From Minisyncoccota bacterium (GTDB taxonomy: Bacteria; Patescibacteriota; Minisyncoccia; Phycocordibacterales; UBA6065), in NCBI GenBank assembly GCA_041661645.1, contig JBAZUA010000001.1, forward strand, positions 125,074-189,073: a stretch of 64,000 nucleotides of DNA, in the 5' to 3' direction. The position numbers and the translations under genes were made by a program. The notes under the pieces were generated by a model, which had not been told where the DNA came from, ran no database searches, and worked only from the letters and a program-made list of their open reading frames with translations. Shown piece by piece: positions 43,898-53,513 of this stretch. Every line of letters begins with the position of its first letter. The stretch's first letter is position 1.

Positions 43898-45079
43898 ATG
43901 AAATACGATACCAACGTCACCAGCACCGCCATAGGCGGAAACATGCGGGTTGTGCTCAACAACGGCAGCGATGCCCTTGCGAGCGCGACCCTTCCCGTCA
44001 GATGGTTTCTCAGCGAGTCGATACTCGCGACGAAAAACAAACACCTGCTCATCATCACCCAAACCAAGGAACAGTTCGACAGCGACGACTATGCGAGGCT
44101 CGGGGAACGAAAGATAGTGAAAATCTCCGACCAGGCGACCTTCATCCAGTTCTTCTCCCCGGGGAAGCACGTGATGACGATCATCCCCTTATACCTGCAG
44201 GATCCCAAGGCCGCCAAGGCCTGGATGAGGAAGGAGGACGGCCTCTACGAAGACTACTGCAGCTTCAAATGTGCGGAGGGAGTTGATCTCTGGATCGGCC
44301 AAGTCATCATCCCCGAAGGGTTCTTCGCCGAAAAGCCCAAGGGGGTTATCGGTCGCTGGGCATGGAACTTCACGGTTTCGGCATTTGGGCAGAAGCCCCG
44401 GGACCAGTGTGCCTATAGAGGCTCGCTTATCCTGGCACTTGCCCTCTGTGCCATAACGATGACGGCAAAACTGTTCTTCGCCGTGCTGGCCACGATCATA
44501 CTGCCAATCGGCCGTATGGTGTGGTTCTTCGCCGGATGGAGGCCCGTCGCTCCCTGGTCTGGAATCCTGGCGTTCTGGAAGCCACTCCCTTGGAACGAAA
44601 TACCGGGCGAGTGGAACATGCGCCAGGAGAAGGAATATCGGGTATGGACCTATGACAGGCCGTCGCGATTCCCCGATATGCCTCTGGCACCCTGGGAAGT
44701 TTGCGTCGCTGCAGGCATCGGATACCTTGTCCTCGACGGCATCAGGGAGATAATCAAGGGGCCACGGGCAGACATACCGACCTCGGGCCTTGTGGCGGTA
44801 ACCATTATCTGCTCGGCACTCATGGTCATCATGCTCAAGGTCTGCGTGATTGACCGAAGCAGGTGGTATAGGGAATGGGTAAACCGCAGATGGGATGTAG
44901 CGTTCGAGAAAAGGGAGGCCAAGAGAAAAGCGCCTGCCCCGGTGCCCCACACGCAATATTCGTCCGAAGTGTTCCTGTGTACGGCGCTTGATCCCGAAAG
45001 GGCAAACAAAACGCCCATCACGTTCAGGACCGTCGGTTGGATGGCCAAGAACGCGGTGTGCAAGCCGTTTGCCAGATAG
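43898..45079 (+). CDS. Hypothetical multi-TM protein
   Basis: 393 aa, TTGACA promoter upstream, terminator downstream. Confidence 0.8.
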   Translation: MKYDTNVTSTAIGGNMRVVLNNGSDALASATLPVRWFLSESILATKNKHLLIITQTKEQFDSDDYARLGERKIVKISDQATFIQFFSPGKHVMTIIPLYLQDPKAAKAWMRKEDGLYEDYCSFKCAEGVDLWIGQVIIPEGFFAEKPKGVIGRWAWNFTVSAFGQKPRDQCAYRGSLILALALCAITMTAKLFFAVLATIILPIGRMVWFFAGWRPVAPWSGILAFWKPLPWNEIPGEWNMRQEKEYRVWTYDRPSRFPDMPLAPWEVCVAAGIGYLVLDGIREIIKGPRADIPTSGLVAVTIICSALMVIMLKVCVIDRSRWYREWVNRRWDVAFEKREAKRKAPAPVPHTQYSSEVFLCTALDPERANKTPITFRTVGWMAKNAVCKPFAR

Positions 45080-45106
45080 CGTGCGAATCGTCACGCACAA
45101 AAAAAC

Positions 45107-45140
45107 AAGCCCCGCGTTTCGACGCGGGGCTTTTCTTTTG
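45107..45140. terminator. Bidirectional intrinsic terminator
   Basis: aagccccgcgt-ttcg-acgcggggctt with flanking A and T runs. Confidence 0.85.
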
Positions 45141-45142
45141 CT

Positions 45143-45652
45143 TTACAGAGGCGGAACTCGGTCCTCGAGCTCTGAGACCTTTTCGGCTATACGGGACGCG
45201 ATGTATTCCCACGAAACGGCATGATCCGAGTAACTGGCCAAGGAATACGTCTCTGCCCAATTGTCATTCCCGGGATCGCCATCCCATTCGAAATAGAGGA
45301 GTCCGAAGGCGAGGTCATCAAAACAGAAGAAGTATGCGTCATCGGCATTACAGGTCCTGACGGCGGAACCAGGCACGGAAGAATCGATCCTTATGACGAA
45401 CGCAACCTCCCCTTCCTTTGGCCAGTCCACGATCTCATAATTTTCATTAATCAGCTTGCGGCTCCTGAGGGCACAAGCTGACCTTTCCATAAAACCCCCG
45501 AAGTCATCATCCCTCGTCAGCATGACGCTTATGCGGGGCGACATCTTTCTGAAGAATTCGATCCAGGCCTCGAGCCTCTGAAGATCCTCCTGCGAGACAA
45601 TCACCTGCTCTTTCGGTGATTCCGGAACGCCGACCTTGCGTGAAGTGCTCAT
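45143..45652 (-). CDS. Hypothetical protein
   Basis: 169 aa with AAAGGA RBS. Confidence 0.7.
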   Translation of the reverse strand: MSTSRKVGVPESPKEQVIVSQEDLQRLEAWIEFFRKMSPRISVMLTRDDDFGGFMERSACALRSRKLINENYEIVDWPKEGEVAFVIRIDSSVPGSAVRTCNADDAYFFCFDDLAFGLLYFEWDGDPGNDNWAETYSLASYSDHAVSWEYIASRIAEKVSELEDRVPPL

Positions 45653-45695
45653 GTGTATGTATTTCCTTTCTGCATGTAAGCTATCACACAAAAAG

Positions 45696-45742
45696 AAAAC
45701 CGCCATCCCGCGACAGTGATTTTCTGTGCTGAGAGGGCGGGA
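45696..45742 (-). repeat. Conserved 3' stem-loop element, copy 1
   Basis: Core gcgacagNNNNtttctgtgYtgag shared with 47150-47195. Confidence 0.7.
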
Positions 45743-46033
45743 TCATATGTCCTCGCTCGTGATCCAGTATCCCGAGACCTCGAGAGGCTCGGGCTGATTG
45801 TTTCCATACTGAACCGTGAGCTGGCGACCGTCGGCGTCCCCCAATGCCACCATCTGAGGATGACCTTCGGGATTGATGGCCGGCTTTTGACTCAGGACGA
45901 CGAAGGGTCCCCTCTTGCCCGCCGCGCTCGTGAGCAGGCGCAGCTTGTCGGCAAAGGGATCGCCATCGGGCCTGCGGAAGAACACCGTGTCTCCGCTATC
46001 AAACGTTTCAAATACCCCTATCAAAGCAATCAC
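45743..46033 (-). CDS. Hypothetical protein
   Basis: 96 aa with a G-rich RBS and a TTGACG-17-TATTTT promoter. Confidence 0.6.
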   Translation of the reverse strand: MIALIGVFETFDSGDTVFFRRPDGDPFADKLRLLTSAAGKRGPFVVLSQKPAINPEGHPQMVALGDADGRQLTVQYGNNQPEPLEVSGYWITSEDI

Positions 46034-46133
46034 CCCCTTTCAAAGGTTTATTGGCTGAGGTTGCGACGCGTTACGAATAGAAAATATCACGAAAAATAAA
46101 CATCGTCAATATCATCCCGCGGATGAACCCGGG

Positions 46134-46820
46134 CTACTTCAGCAGAAACCTCAGCGTCGAGACGAGGCGGATCTTCTTGTACTCGGGAGAGCCCGGGTCC
46201 TTGTCCTCTATCTCAAACACGCCCTGATTTCCCCTGGTGACGCTGCCCACGGACGAGGCGGAGTTCTTGGCGAACTGCGAGGCCGTGTCGCGGGCGTTCT
46301 TGATGGCCTCGGCGAGCATCTCGGGCTTGATGCTGTTTAAATCAGAGAACTCGAAATATATTTGATTCTGGCTCAGGATGACGCCCCTCTTCACGAGCAT
46401 GAGCGTCTCGTTCGAGGTTGATTTCGCGAGGTCGACTTTTTTCGTATAGACAGAGACCTGATTGTTGGAATTGTACCTAAAGGCAGAATCCCTATATGTG
46501 TCCTGATACACGTTCACGGGCGCGACGTTGATCTCGGACTCCTCGAAGCCCTTTGCCTCGAGAAAGGTCTTTATCGCCGCGATGTTCCTCTCTATGTCGG
46601 AATAGAGCGTGTCGACGTCATTTGACTTGACCTCGAAGCTCATGGACCAGATCGCCGTATCGGACTTTATGATTCTCTCCGAGAGGCCCTTGACGTCCAC
46701 GTACGAACCCTGTTTCGAGAAGTTCTGCGCGGACACGAACGAGGCGACGGACACCAGGACTCCGAACACTATGATCGCCAGGCCGACGGGCGCGAACTTG
46801 TTGTTTTTGATGTTTTCCAT
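46134..46820 (-). CDS. SIMPL (DUF541) domain protein
   Basis: VDVKGLSER, IKPEMLAEAIKNA, QGVFEI, KKIRLVST. Confidence 0.9.
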   Translation of the reverse strand: MENIKNNKFAPVGLAIIVFGVLVSVASFVSAQNFSKQGSYVDVKGLSERIIKSDTAIWSMSFEVKSNDVDTLYSDIERNIAAIKTFLEAKGFEESEINVAPVNVYQDTYRDSAFRYNSNNQVSVYTKKVDLAKSTSNETLMLVKRGVILSQNQIYFEFSDLNSIKPEMLAEAIKNARDTASQFAKNSASSVGSVTRGNQGVFEIEDKDPGSPEYKKIRLVSTLRFLLK

Positions 46821-46849
46821 ATTTCCAAATGATATCATAGGTTGATACC

Positions 46850-47110
46850 ATGAAACCCCTGATAAAAAAGGCGATCCCCTCAGGCACGGCGCACGGCATT
46901 CCGGCCGACATGCGAAAGGCCGTCTCCTCGAGACGGGCGACGCTCGCGACATGGGAGGACATCACCCCGCTCGCCCGCAACGAATGGATATGCTGGGTCG
47001 AGTCCGCAAAGAAGTCCGAGACGCGGGAACGCAGGATACGGATAGCGTGCGAGAACCTCGCCGCCGGAAAGCGCAGGCCCTGCTGCTGGGCGGGATGCGC
47101 TCACCGCTAG
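46850..47110 (+). CDS. YdeI/OmpD-associated family protein
   Basis: ITPLARNEWICWVESAKKSETRERRI, RRPCCWAGC. Confidence 0.88.
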   Translation: MKPLIKKAIPSGTAHGIPADMRKAVSSRRATLATWEDITPLARNEWICWVESAKKSETRERRIRIACENLAAGKRRPCCWAGCAHR

Positions 47111-47149
47111 ACCGATATTATAAATAAACTATAACCTGTTTCCAAACAA

Positions 47150-47195
47150 AAAACCCACCGCTGCGACAGAGGGTTTCTGTGTTGAGTGGTGGGTT
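47150..47195 (-). repeat. Conserved 3' stem-loop element, copy 2
   Basis: Same core as 45696-45742; outer stem cccacc/ggtggg. Confidence 0.7.
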
Positions 47196-47200
47196 GCGAC

Positions 47201-47485
47201 TTACAGCCAAGACATTACGGCGGGAGCCATAAGCAGACAGCCGATGATGAGGCCGAGGGCATATATCCACGAAGGGATAAACCCCTCGCCCCGAGCCTCC
47301 GCGGCTGCATCTGCCTGGTAGACCCTTGCGATTGCCAGATCACCCCATGTATTGGCCCTCTCGGCCTCCCTGCGAAAGGCCTCAGCCTCGTAGGCCGCCA
47401 GCCTCTTGTCTGGTTTAAATACCCACCAGACATAGAGCGTGACCAACACGAGCAAGAGTCCCGCGACAAACATTATGATGTGCAT
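47201..47485 (-). CDS. Hypothetical two-TM protein
   Basis: 94 aa; near-consensus TTGACT-17-TATAAT promoter at 47532-47560. Confidence 0.7.
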   Translation of the reverse strand: MHIIMFVAGLLLVLVTLYVWWVFKPDKRLAAYEAEAFRREAERANTWGDLAIARVYQADAAAEARGEGFIPSWIYALGLIIGCLLMAPAVMSWL

Positions 47486-47619
47486 GATTTTCTGGAGTTG
47501 AAGTTGAGTTGTGGAAGTGTTCCCTGTATATATTATAACATATCTAGTATATACAGTCAAACACAAAGTGCCCCGCCCGCCCGAAGCGCTCAAATTATAG
47601 AGGCGAAGTGTACGTAAAA

Positions 47620-47922
47620 TTATTTCTTAGGTGGTCCCCACTGCCAGCGCGGCTTTTCTCCTTTCCTGTAGGCAAGAACAAGAAGAAGAGTGGTCAGCGC
47701 AATGATTGGCAGGGCGAATGTGAGGGCGTTACTTCCTGAATCAGGATTTCCTGGCATATCTTTTTCTCTGATAAGCACAAGGATCGAAATAAGTAGGATA
47801 TAGAGGAAGACAACGAACCATCCCTGCCATTTTACCGGTACCCAGCCCCAGCCATACAGTTTGGCTTTGAACCAATATCCCTGAGGGTTATCTTTCAAGT
47901 ATTTTATATATTCCTTGATCAT
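47620..47922 (-). CDS. Conserved-looking hypothetical membrane protein
   Basis: YWFKAKLYGWGWVPVKWQGW...KGEKPRWQWG. Confidence 0.8.
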   Translation of the reverse strand: MIKEYIKYLKDNPQGYWFKAKLYGWGWVPVKWQGWFVVFLYILLISILVLIREKDMPGNPDSGSNALTFALPIIALTTLLLVLAYRKGEKPRWQWGPPKK

Positions 47923-47927
47923 ATCTT

Positions 47928-48404
47928 TTAATTTAATGCCCAAACGGAGTAGTTGAGATATGCCGCGAAACTTACCCAGAGAATGTATGGCATAAGAAGC
48001 CACGTGGCTGGCCTTGATATTTTATAAAAGAGGATCATGGTCCAGAGGATGGCAAGCCACATGAGGGCGATGTTCACCAACGCCCATCCAGGGCTGTGTA
48101 GACCGAAGAAGACAATCGACCATACTGAGTTAAGGGTGAGTTGAACACCAAAAACAGAAAGGGCCCTGCGCACATCTTTGCGGTCCAATCCTTTCTTCCA
48201 TACCAGGAAGGCAGCAATGCCCATGAGTGCATAGAGCGTGGTCCAGACCGGGCCAAATATCCAGGCCGGAGGGTTGAGGGTAGGCTTGGTGAGCGTTGAG
48301 TACCAGGTCGGGATTGCAGAAAACGTAAAGAACGAGCCGATGACGCCGGCGAGTTCGGAGACCGCGATCGCGCTGATACATTTGAAAAAGGAGTTGAGAT
48401 TCAT
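47928..48404 (-). CDS. tspO: TspO/MBR tryptophan-rich sensory protein
   Basis: WYSTLTKPTLNPPAWIFGPVWTTLY, PYILWVSFAAYLN. Confidence 0.95.
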   Translation of the reverse strand: MNLNSFFKCISAIAVSELAGVIGSFFTFSAIPTWYSTLTKPTLNPPAWIFGPVWTTLYALMGIAAFLVWKKGLDRKDVRRALSVFGVQLTLNSVWSIVFFGLHSPGWALVNIALMWLAILWTMILFYKISRPATWLLMPYILWVSFAAYLNYSVWALN

Positions 48405-48596
48405 AAGTGCATAATACCATGATAGTGTTCGCACACCTCGGCTCGAACCTCTGAAGTATCAAGCAATAAAAAGACGAAACCCCACAACTAGGGATCCCTA
48501 GACAGGTTGAGGACATCGTAGCTCAAGACCTTGTAAGGGTCTTGAGCTGCTTTCCAAGTGGGATTGGGAGGCAAACAGGTCGGTTTGAGACTGAGT

Positions 48597-49130
48597 CTAA
48601 AACAGACCGAAAATGAGTGGAAGAAGTAAGCTAAGACCCAGAGCATAAAAAGCATCAGCCCAAAATGCTCGAAGTAAATTTGCAAGTCCGAAAAACCAAG
48701 AAATTAACTGTGCAAGTATTACCAAGAACTTATGATGTTTCTCTCCTTTAACTACAGCGATAAAATTCTTTGTATCCACATCACTTGGAAACGCATGCAC
48801 TCCGATCGAAAAACCAATCCATAAAAGTACATAGAAAACCCAACTGACGTTAACAGCATCAAGGATGTAAATCGGAATAATTGAGGTAAACGTAATCAAC
48901 ATACAGAGAATAGAATTTACCAAGAATGGTGCTACAGAAATAAGAAAAGATTTCTTAAGACTATTTACATGTCCATGAATTACATAACCAGCTGGATTTC
49001 CTAGTCTAAAATAACAAACTTTATACACAGGAACTTTCGCAACATCTGCGAAAAATCTATGTGCAAATTCATGCACGATTACTCCAGGGAAAGTCAGTAT
49101 TGATATAACGAAACCAGGTATAAAAAACAT
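48597..49130 (-). CDS. Putative membrane zinc metalloprotease (HExxH)
   Basis: FPGVIVHEFAH, GYVIH, SVAPF, HAFPSDVD; low GC. Confidence 0.85.
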   Translation of the reverse strand: MFFIPGFVISILTFPGVIVHEFAHRFFADVAKVPVYKVCYFRLGNPAGYVIHGHVNSLKKSFLISVAPFLVNSILCMLITFTSIIPIYILDAVNVSWVFYVLLWIGFSIGVHAFPSDVDTKNFIAVVKGEKHHKFLVILAQLISWFFGLANLLRAFWADAFYALGLSLLLPLIFGLF

Positions 49131-49141
49131 AAAATTAGATA

Positions 49142-49552
49142 TTATAGATTAGGCGTATTTTCAAAATACTGAAGGTATTTTTGAGGCATCACAGTAACCA
49201 TCTTTTCCCATTCATATTTATCGAAAGTTATATCTTTAATAAGGTATAACCCCGCATCATCGTCTTCAGGATCACCGTTTGCAAAGAAAGACATAGCCGC
49301 ATGAATATGTGCTTTCCTAGAATCCGGAGCATCCTTTAAAACTTGGCCATATAATCCAATTGACCCATTGTAATCTCCGACATTTTGAGCCATGTCTGCT
49401 TTCTTAAGATTTTTAGCTGCGCTTATATAGTGTGGGGATAAGACAATAGAATATAGTGTCACCAAAACAATCACTACAGAAAAAAGATTAATCCAAAGTG
49501 GGTACTTATGGGGTTTTAAAACTTTCTGTTCTTGTACTGAATTCTCTTCCAT
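49142..49552 (-). CDS. Membrane-anchored TPR-like protein
   Basis: TM helix then GDYNGSIGLYGQVLKDAPDS; low GC. Confidence 0.7.
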   Translation of the reverse strand: MEENSVQEQKVLKPHKYPLWINLFSVVIVLVTLYSIVLSPHYISAAKNLKKADMAQNVGDYNGSIGLYGQVLKDAPDSRKAHIHAAMSFFANGDPEDDDAGLYLIKDITFDKYEWEKMVTVMPQKYLQYFENTPNL

Positions 49553-49599
49553 TTTCTTAAAACTTGACGCAGACAGGTCGCTTTCACCAAATTACTCTG

Positions 49600-49671
49600 C
49601 TCCGGGGATAGGGATCGAACCTATGACCAATCGCTTAACAGGCGACTGCTCTACCGCTGAGCTACCCCGGA
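49600..49671 (-). tRNA. tRNA-Asn(GTT)
   Basis: Canonical cloverleaf TCCGGGGTAGCTCAGCGGTAGAGCAGTCGCCT-GTT-AAGCGATTGGTCATAGGTTCGATCCCTATCCCCGGAG; CCA not encoded. Confidence 0.97.
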
Positions 49672-49785
49672 ATGTTCCTTACCGTCACCTAACGTGCTTC
49701 GGCGCCCGCGCGCCGAACCTCGCTATAATAGCAGATTCTCGCCCACAGGCAATGCTTTGGCCATATTTGGGATATAATGTGGGGA

Positions 49786-50379
49786 ATGGCCGAAGAGACC
49801 CCCACCAACAAATCAGTCGACGCCGAGCTGGTCAGGACGTCCCTCGAGTCGCCCGAGGAATTCGGGCGCATCATCGAGAAGTACCAGGAGCCCCTGCGCC
49901 GCTACGTCCGCCGCATCGCCCGGGCGTCGCGCGACGAGACGGACATCATACTCCAGGACATATTCATCAAGACCTACGAGAACCTCAACGACTTCGACCA
50001 GGGCCTGGCCTTCTCGTCGTGGATATACCGCATCGCCCATAACGAGAGCATCGACTACCTGCGCCGAAACAAGCGCAGCGGAACGTCCCTCGACGACCCT
50101 GCATATGACGACGAGAGCCTGTCCCTGGCAGAGACCATAGCCGCCGACGAGGACATGGAGCTCGAGCTCGACAAGGGATATCTCAGGAAAAACGTCGGGC
50201 TGATCCTCGACCAGCTCGACCCGCAGTATCGCGCGGTGCTCGCCCTCAGGTTCATCGACGATCGCAGCTACGAGGAGATATCAGACATACTGCGGAAGCC
50301 ACCGGGGACGATAGCGACCCTGCTGCATCGGGCGAAAAAGGAGTTCAGGAGGATAGCCGAGGAACAGAAAAAACTATGA
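49786..50379 (+). CDS. ECF RNA polymerase sigma factor
   Basis: DIILQDIFIKTY, FSSWIYRIAHN, SYEEISDIL..PPGTIATLLHRAK. Confidence 0.95.
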   Translation: MAEETPTNKSVDAELVRTSLESPEEFGRIIEKYQEPLRRYVRRIARASRDETDIILQDIFIKTYENLNDFDQGLAFSSWIYRIAHNESIDYLRRNKRSGTSLDDPAYDDESLSLAETIAADEDMELELDKGYLRKNVGLILDQLDPQYRAVLALRFIDDRSYEEISDILRKPPGTIATLLHRAKKEFRRIAEEQKKL

Positions 50380-51068
50380 CATTCGAACAAAAAATACTAG
50401 ACCAGATAAAGACCAAGCATCTCAAGCCCCTCTCCAAGGGATACTTCAAGACGCGCGACCTCGCCCTCTGGGGGCTCCTGGTCGTCTTCGTCGCCGCCCT
50501 CGGCGTGGGCGTGGGCATGATCATATACGGCATACGATCGACCAACCTTTCGGTGCTCGCCAAGCTCGAGCTCACCCTCTCCCAGAAAGCCCTCTTCTTC
50601 TTCCCCGTCTTCTGGATACTGGCCTGCGCCGTAATCGCCACGGTGGCCTTCATCAACCTCAGAAAGACCCGTAGGGGATATCGCGTGACCGCCCGACAGT
50701 TCATCATCATAGCGGCCCTCGTCGCCGTGGGCGTCGGATCGATAGTCTATGCCCTCAACGTCACTCAATACCTCTCAAGGGTGGCCGCCAACAGGATACC
50801 CCTCTACAAGGATGTGGTGGCGCCGAACACGAGCACCTGGCTCGACCCGAATCACGGACTGCTCTCGGGAGTCATTCGATCGAGGGATTCCGACACGTCA
50901 TTCTACGTGCGCGACTCCGAGGCCGTGCTCTGGCACGTGACCGGTGACGACATGATCATCCCCACGGGCTACATAATGCAGACCGGCGAGAGAATAAAAA
51001 TCATAGGCAAAAGGACGGGCGACGACGCCTTCACCGCCCGGGAGATTCATCCATGGTCCTCTAACTGA
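50376..51068 (+). CDS. Membrane protein coupled to the ECF sigma (possible anti-sigma)
   Basis: ATGA overlap with the sigma gene; 3 TM plus an extracytoplasmic OB-like domain. Confidence 0.7.
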   Translation: MTFEQKILDQIKTKHLKPLSKGYFKTRDLALWGLLVVFVAALGVGVGMIIYGIRSTNLSVLAKLELTLSQKALFFFPVFWILACAVIATVAFINLRKTRRGYRVTARQFIIIAALVAVGVGSIVYALNVTQYLSRVAANRIPLYKDVVAPNTSTWLDPNHGLLSGVIRSRDSDTSFYVRDSEAVLWHVTGDDMIIPTGYIMQTGERIKIIGKRTGDDAFTAREIHPWSSN

Positions 51069-51693
51069 CCTTTCGGGCGCCCTCGACGGAATATTCGCCG
51101 ATCGAGAGGCGACGCAGATTGAGTATGGAGGCGCAGGTGCCAAGCCTCTTGCCCAGCTCCTCGGCCAGGCTCCTCACATAGGTGCCGCTCGACACGTCGA
51201 AGACGGCGCGGATGATGCCGTTTTCATATGATACGAATCGGGCGTCTCGCACCGTCATGTCCCGCATCGGAAGCTCCACCTTCTCGCCCTTGTATGCATA
51301 TTTGTAGAGAGGCACGCCATCGCGCTTGATGGCCGAGAACAGGGACACCGGAAGGGTCAGCTTCCCTTTCATACCCTCGACCACCGCCTGAATCTCCCCA
51401 TTCGTGAGAACCGGAACGGGAAGCTCCTGGACGATGGTCCCCGCGGCATCACCGCTGTCGGTCGCCATGCCGAGACGTATCTCGGCATCATATGTCTTGG
51501 GAAGGCCGATCAATCCCGCCAGCTTCTTTGTGCCAGCATTCACCCCGATGATGAGAAGGCCGGTTGCCAGCGGATCGAGGGTCCCCGCATGACCCATCTT
51601 CCGCACGCCAAGCTCCCTTCGCAGTATGCGAATGACGTCAAAGGACGTGATGCCCTTGGGCTTGTCTACCAAAAGTATGTCGGTGAGGTCCAT
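51061..51693 (-). CDS. truB: tRNA pseudouridine(55) synthase, short form
   Basis: DKPKGITSFDV, GHAGTLDPLATG, GTYVRSL. Confidence 0.96.
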   Translation of the reverse strand: MDLTDILLVDKPKGITSFDVIRILRRELGVRKMGHAGTLDPLATGLLIIGVNAGTKKLAGLIGLPKTYDAEIRLGMATDSGDAAGTIVQELPVPVLTNGEIQAVVEGMKGKLTLPVSLFSAIKRDGVPLYKYAYKGEKVELPMRDMTVRDARFVSYENGIIRAVFDVSSGTYVRSLAEELGKRLGTCASILNLRRLSIGEYSVEGARKVS

Positions 51694-51710
51694 GTTGAGA
51701 CAGGCAAAGG

Positions 51711-52136
51711 TTACTTCTCTACGGTAATCGCCATATGCATGTCGAGATTCATCCGGTCATAGAGATAGACTGTTCCGGGAACGGAGAATCTGAGCGAATA
51801 GGTGTCACCCCTCCTGATCTCGTCAGACTGCAGGCGAGCATCCCCCTTGCTCTGCCTCTCTTCTGCTATGTTGTGAATGCCTTCGTCCTTGACCGTGAAG
51901 ACTATCTCGTCGCCCGTCCTCGCGACGAGCTCAGACGGCTCAAACCTATTGGAATATACTGAAACCTCGTGCGTCGAACCGCCGCCCATGAACACCGCGG
52001 CGGCATTTCCGGACGAGAGGCTGAGCTTGTTTGAGAGAGAGTATGTCCCGAAGACGGCAAGGCCAAGGACGGCCGTCACGCCCAGAGCCCTGTACCAATT
52101 CCTCTTTTCGCCGGCGATGTGTTCCGGGTCTGTCAT
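51711..52136 (-). CDS. Membrane-anchored cupredoxin-like protein
   Basis: FEPSEL, HNI, FSVPGTVYLYD...MHMAITV; canonical Cys ligand not evident. Confidence 0.7.
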   Translation of the reverse strand: MTDPEHIAGEKRNWYRALGVTAVLGLAVFGTYSLSNKLSLSSGNAAAVFMGGGSTHEVSVYSNRFEPSELVARTGDEIVFTVKDEGIHNIAEERQSKGDARLQSDEIRRGDTYSLRFSVPGTVYLYDRMNLDMHMAITVEK

Positions 52137-52151
52137 GTGTTTATAGGCGCA

Positions 52152-53039
52152 TTATCCCAGGCAGACCGAGTTGATGCAATACCTCATGCCGGTCTTGGTC
52201 GGGCCATCGTCAAAGACATGGCCCAGATGAGAGCCGCAGCGCGAGCAGGCGACCTCGACCCGACGCATACCATTGGTATCGTCGGGAGATTCGACGATCG
52301 ATCCGGGAAGGGCCTGATCAAAGCTTGGCCAGCCCGTGCCCGAATCGAATTTGGTCCCTGCCGAGAAAAGCGGATTGCCACAGGCCATGCATTTATATGT
52401 GCCATCAGCGGTGGCCTCGAGCTTGCCCGAGAACGGCGCCTCGGTCCCCTTCTTTCTGAGTACGGCATACTGTTTGGGCGTGAGCTTCTTCTTCCACTCC
52501 TCCTCCTTGAGCAGGTTGGCGAAAAGCTCCTGCACCTTCTGAAGCTTGGGGTTGATGATGACCTCACAATAGCCGTTCTGAGGGTTACGGGCGGCATAGT
52601 CGCGATGATAGCCCTCTGCCGGATAGAACGGAACCATAGGCAAAACCTCGGTGACGATGGGCTTTCCCAGCCTGCTCGAGGCATTGATATCGGAGATGAA
52701 CGACTCAGTCTCATTGAGGCGTTTACTATCGTTACAGAATATGACGGAACGGTATTGGGTGCCGACGTCGTTTCCCTGTCGATCCTTGGTGGTTGGGTCA
52801 TGACTGCCGAAAAAGACGGCGAGGAGGTCGATGTATTTGATGAGGGTCGGGTCATAGACGACCTCGACCACCTCGGCATGGCCCGTGTTTCCGCCCGAGA
52901 CTTCCTCGTAGGTCGGATTCTCGGTCGTACCTCCGGCATAGCCAGGCATGATGGAGACCACCCCGCGAAGCATCTTGAACACCGCCTCGGTGCACCAGAA
53001 GCAGCCGCCGCCCAGGAGCACCCTTTCGGTCTTTTCCAT
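52152..53039 (-). CDS. msrAB: Bifunctional methionine sulfoxide reductase MsrA-MsrB
   Basis: [18 protein letters not shown]; [21 protein letters not shown]. Confidence 0.96.
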   Translation of the reverse strand: MEKTERVLLGGGCFWCTEAVFKMLRGVVSIMPGYAGGTTENPTYEEVSGGNTGHAEVVEVVYDPTLIKYIDLLAVFFGSHDPTTKDRQGNDVGTQYRSVIFCNDSKRLNETESFISDINASSRLGKPIVTEVLPMVPFYPAEGYHRDYAARNPQNGYCEVIINPKLQKVQELFANLLKEEEWKKKLTPKQYAVLRKKGTEAPFSGKLEATADGTYKCMACGNPLFSAGTKFDSGTGWPSFDQALPGSIVESPDDTNGMRRVEVACSRCGSHLGHVFDDGPTKTGMRYCINSVCLG

Positions 53040-53095
53040 ATGTGTGTTTTGTAAAAAGTAAAAATCAGACGCCACCGACGCTCGGGCGAGCGCCC

Positions 53096-53500
53096 CTAGA
53101 CGAACATTCGAGACACCCAGACGGCGATAAGCGAGACAGTTCCCGTCAGGAACGCTCCCCAGGCCATGTCGACGACGCTCACGATGACCGGCCAATCGCG
53201 CAAGGTCGCCTGATTGGTCATGTCATACGCGCCATAGGCCACAATGCCGAGGAACGCACCCATGATCCAGGAGTGTCCGATGCCCTGTCCGCCCCTGATT
53301 GCGGGAAGGACGACGAACACGACGATGCCGACGGCGTAGACCAGATAGAACAGTATGGCCGGAAGAAATGTCGGCGACGGGGCCATCAAATGGCCTATGT
53401 GACGATGATAGAACGATGAGCTGATGCCAAAGAGATAGGCGCCGTCGATGAGGAGCAGTGGCAGGAGCGTCGCAAAGAAAGATATGGTCGCCGTCTTCAT
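53096..53500 (-). CDS. DUF2177-like membrane protein
   Basis: [22 protein letters not shown]. Confidence 0.88.
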   Translation of the reverse strand: MKTATISFFATLLPLLLIDGAYLFGISSSFYHRHIGHLMAPSPTFLPAILFYLVYAVGIVVFVVLPAIRGGQGIGHSWIMGAFLGIVAYGAYDMTNQATLRDWPVIVSVVDMAWGAFLTGTVSLIAVWVSRMFV

Positions 53501-53513
53501 ATGATGATAGGTT

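Noticed and set aside
48436-48452. aggttcgagcc (minus strand) as an att copy of the tRNA-Asn 3' end
   Set aside because: Only about 8 nt match the T-loop and the flanks do not match the tRNA.
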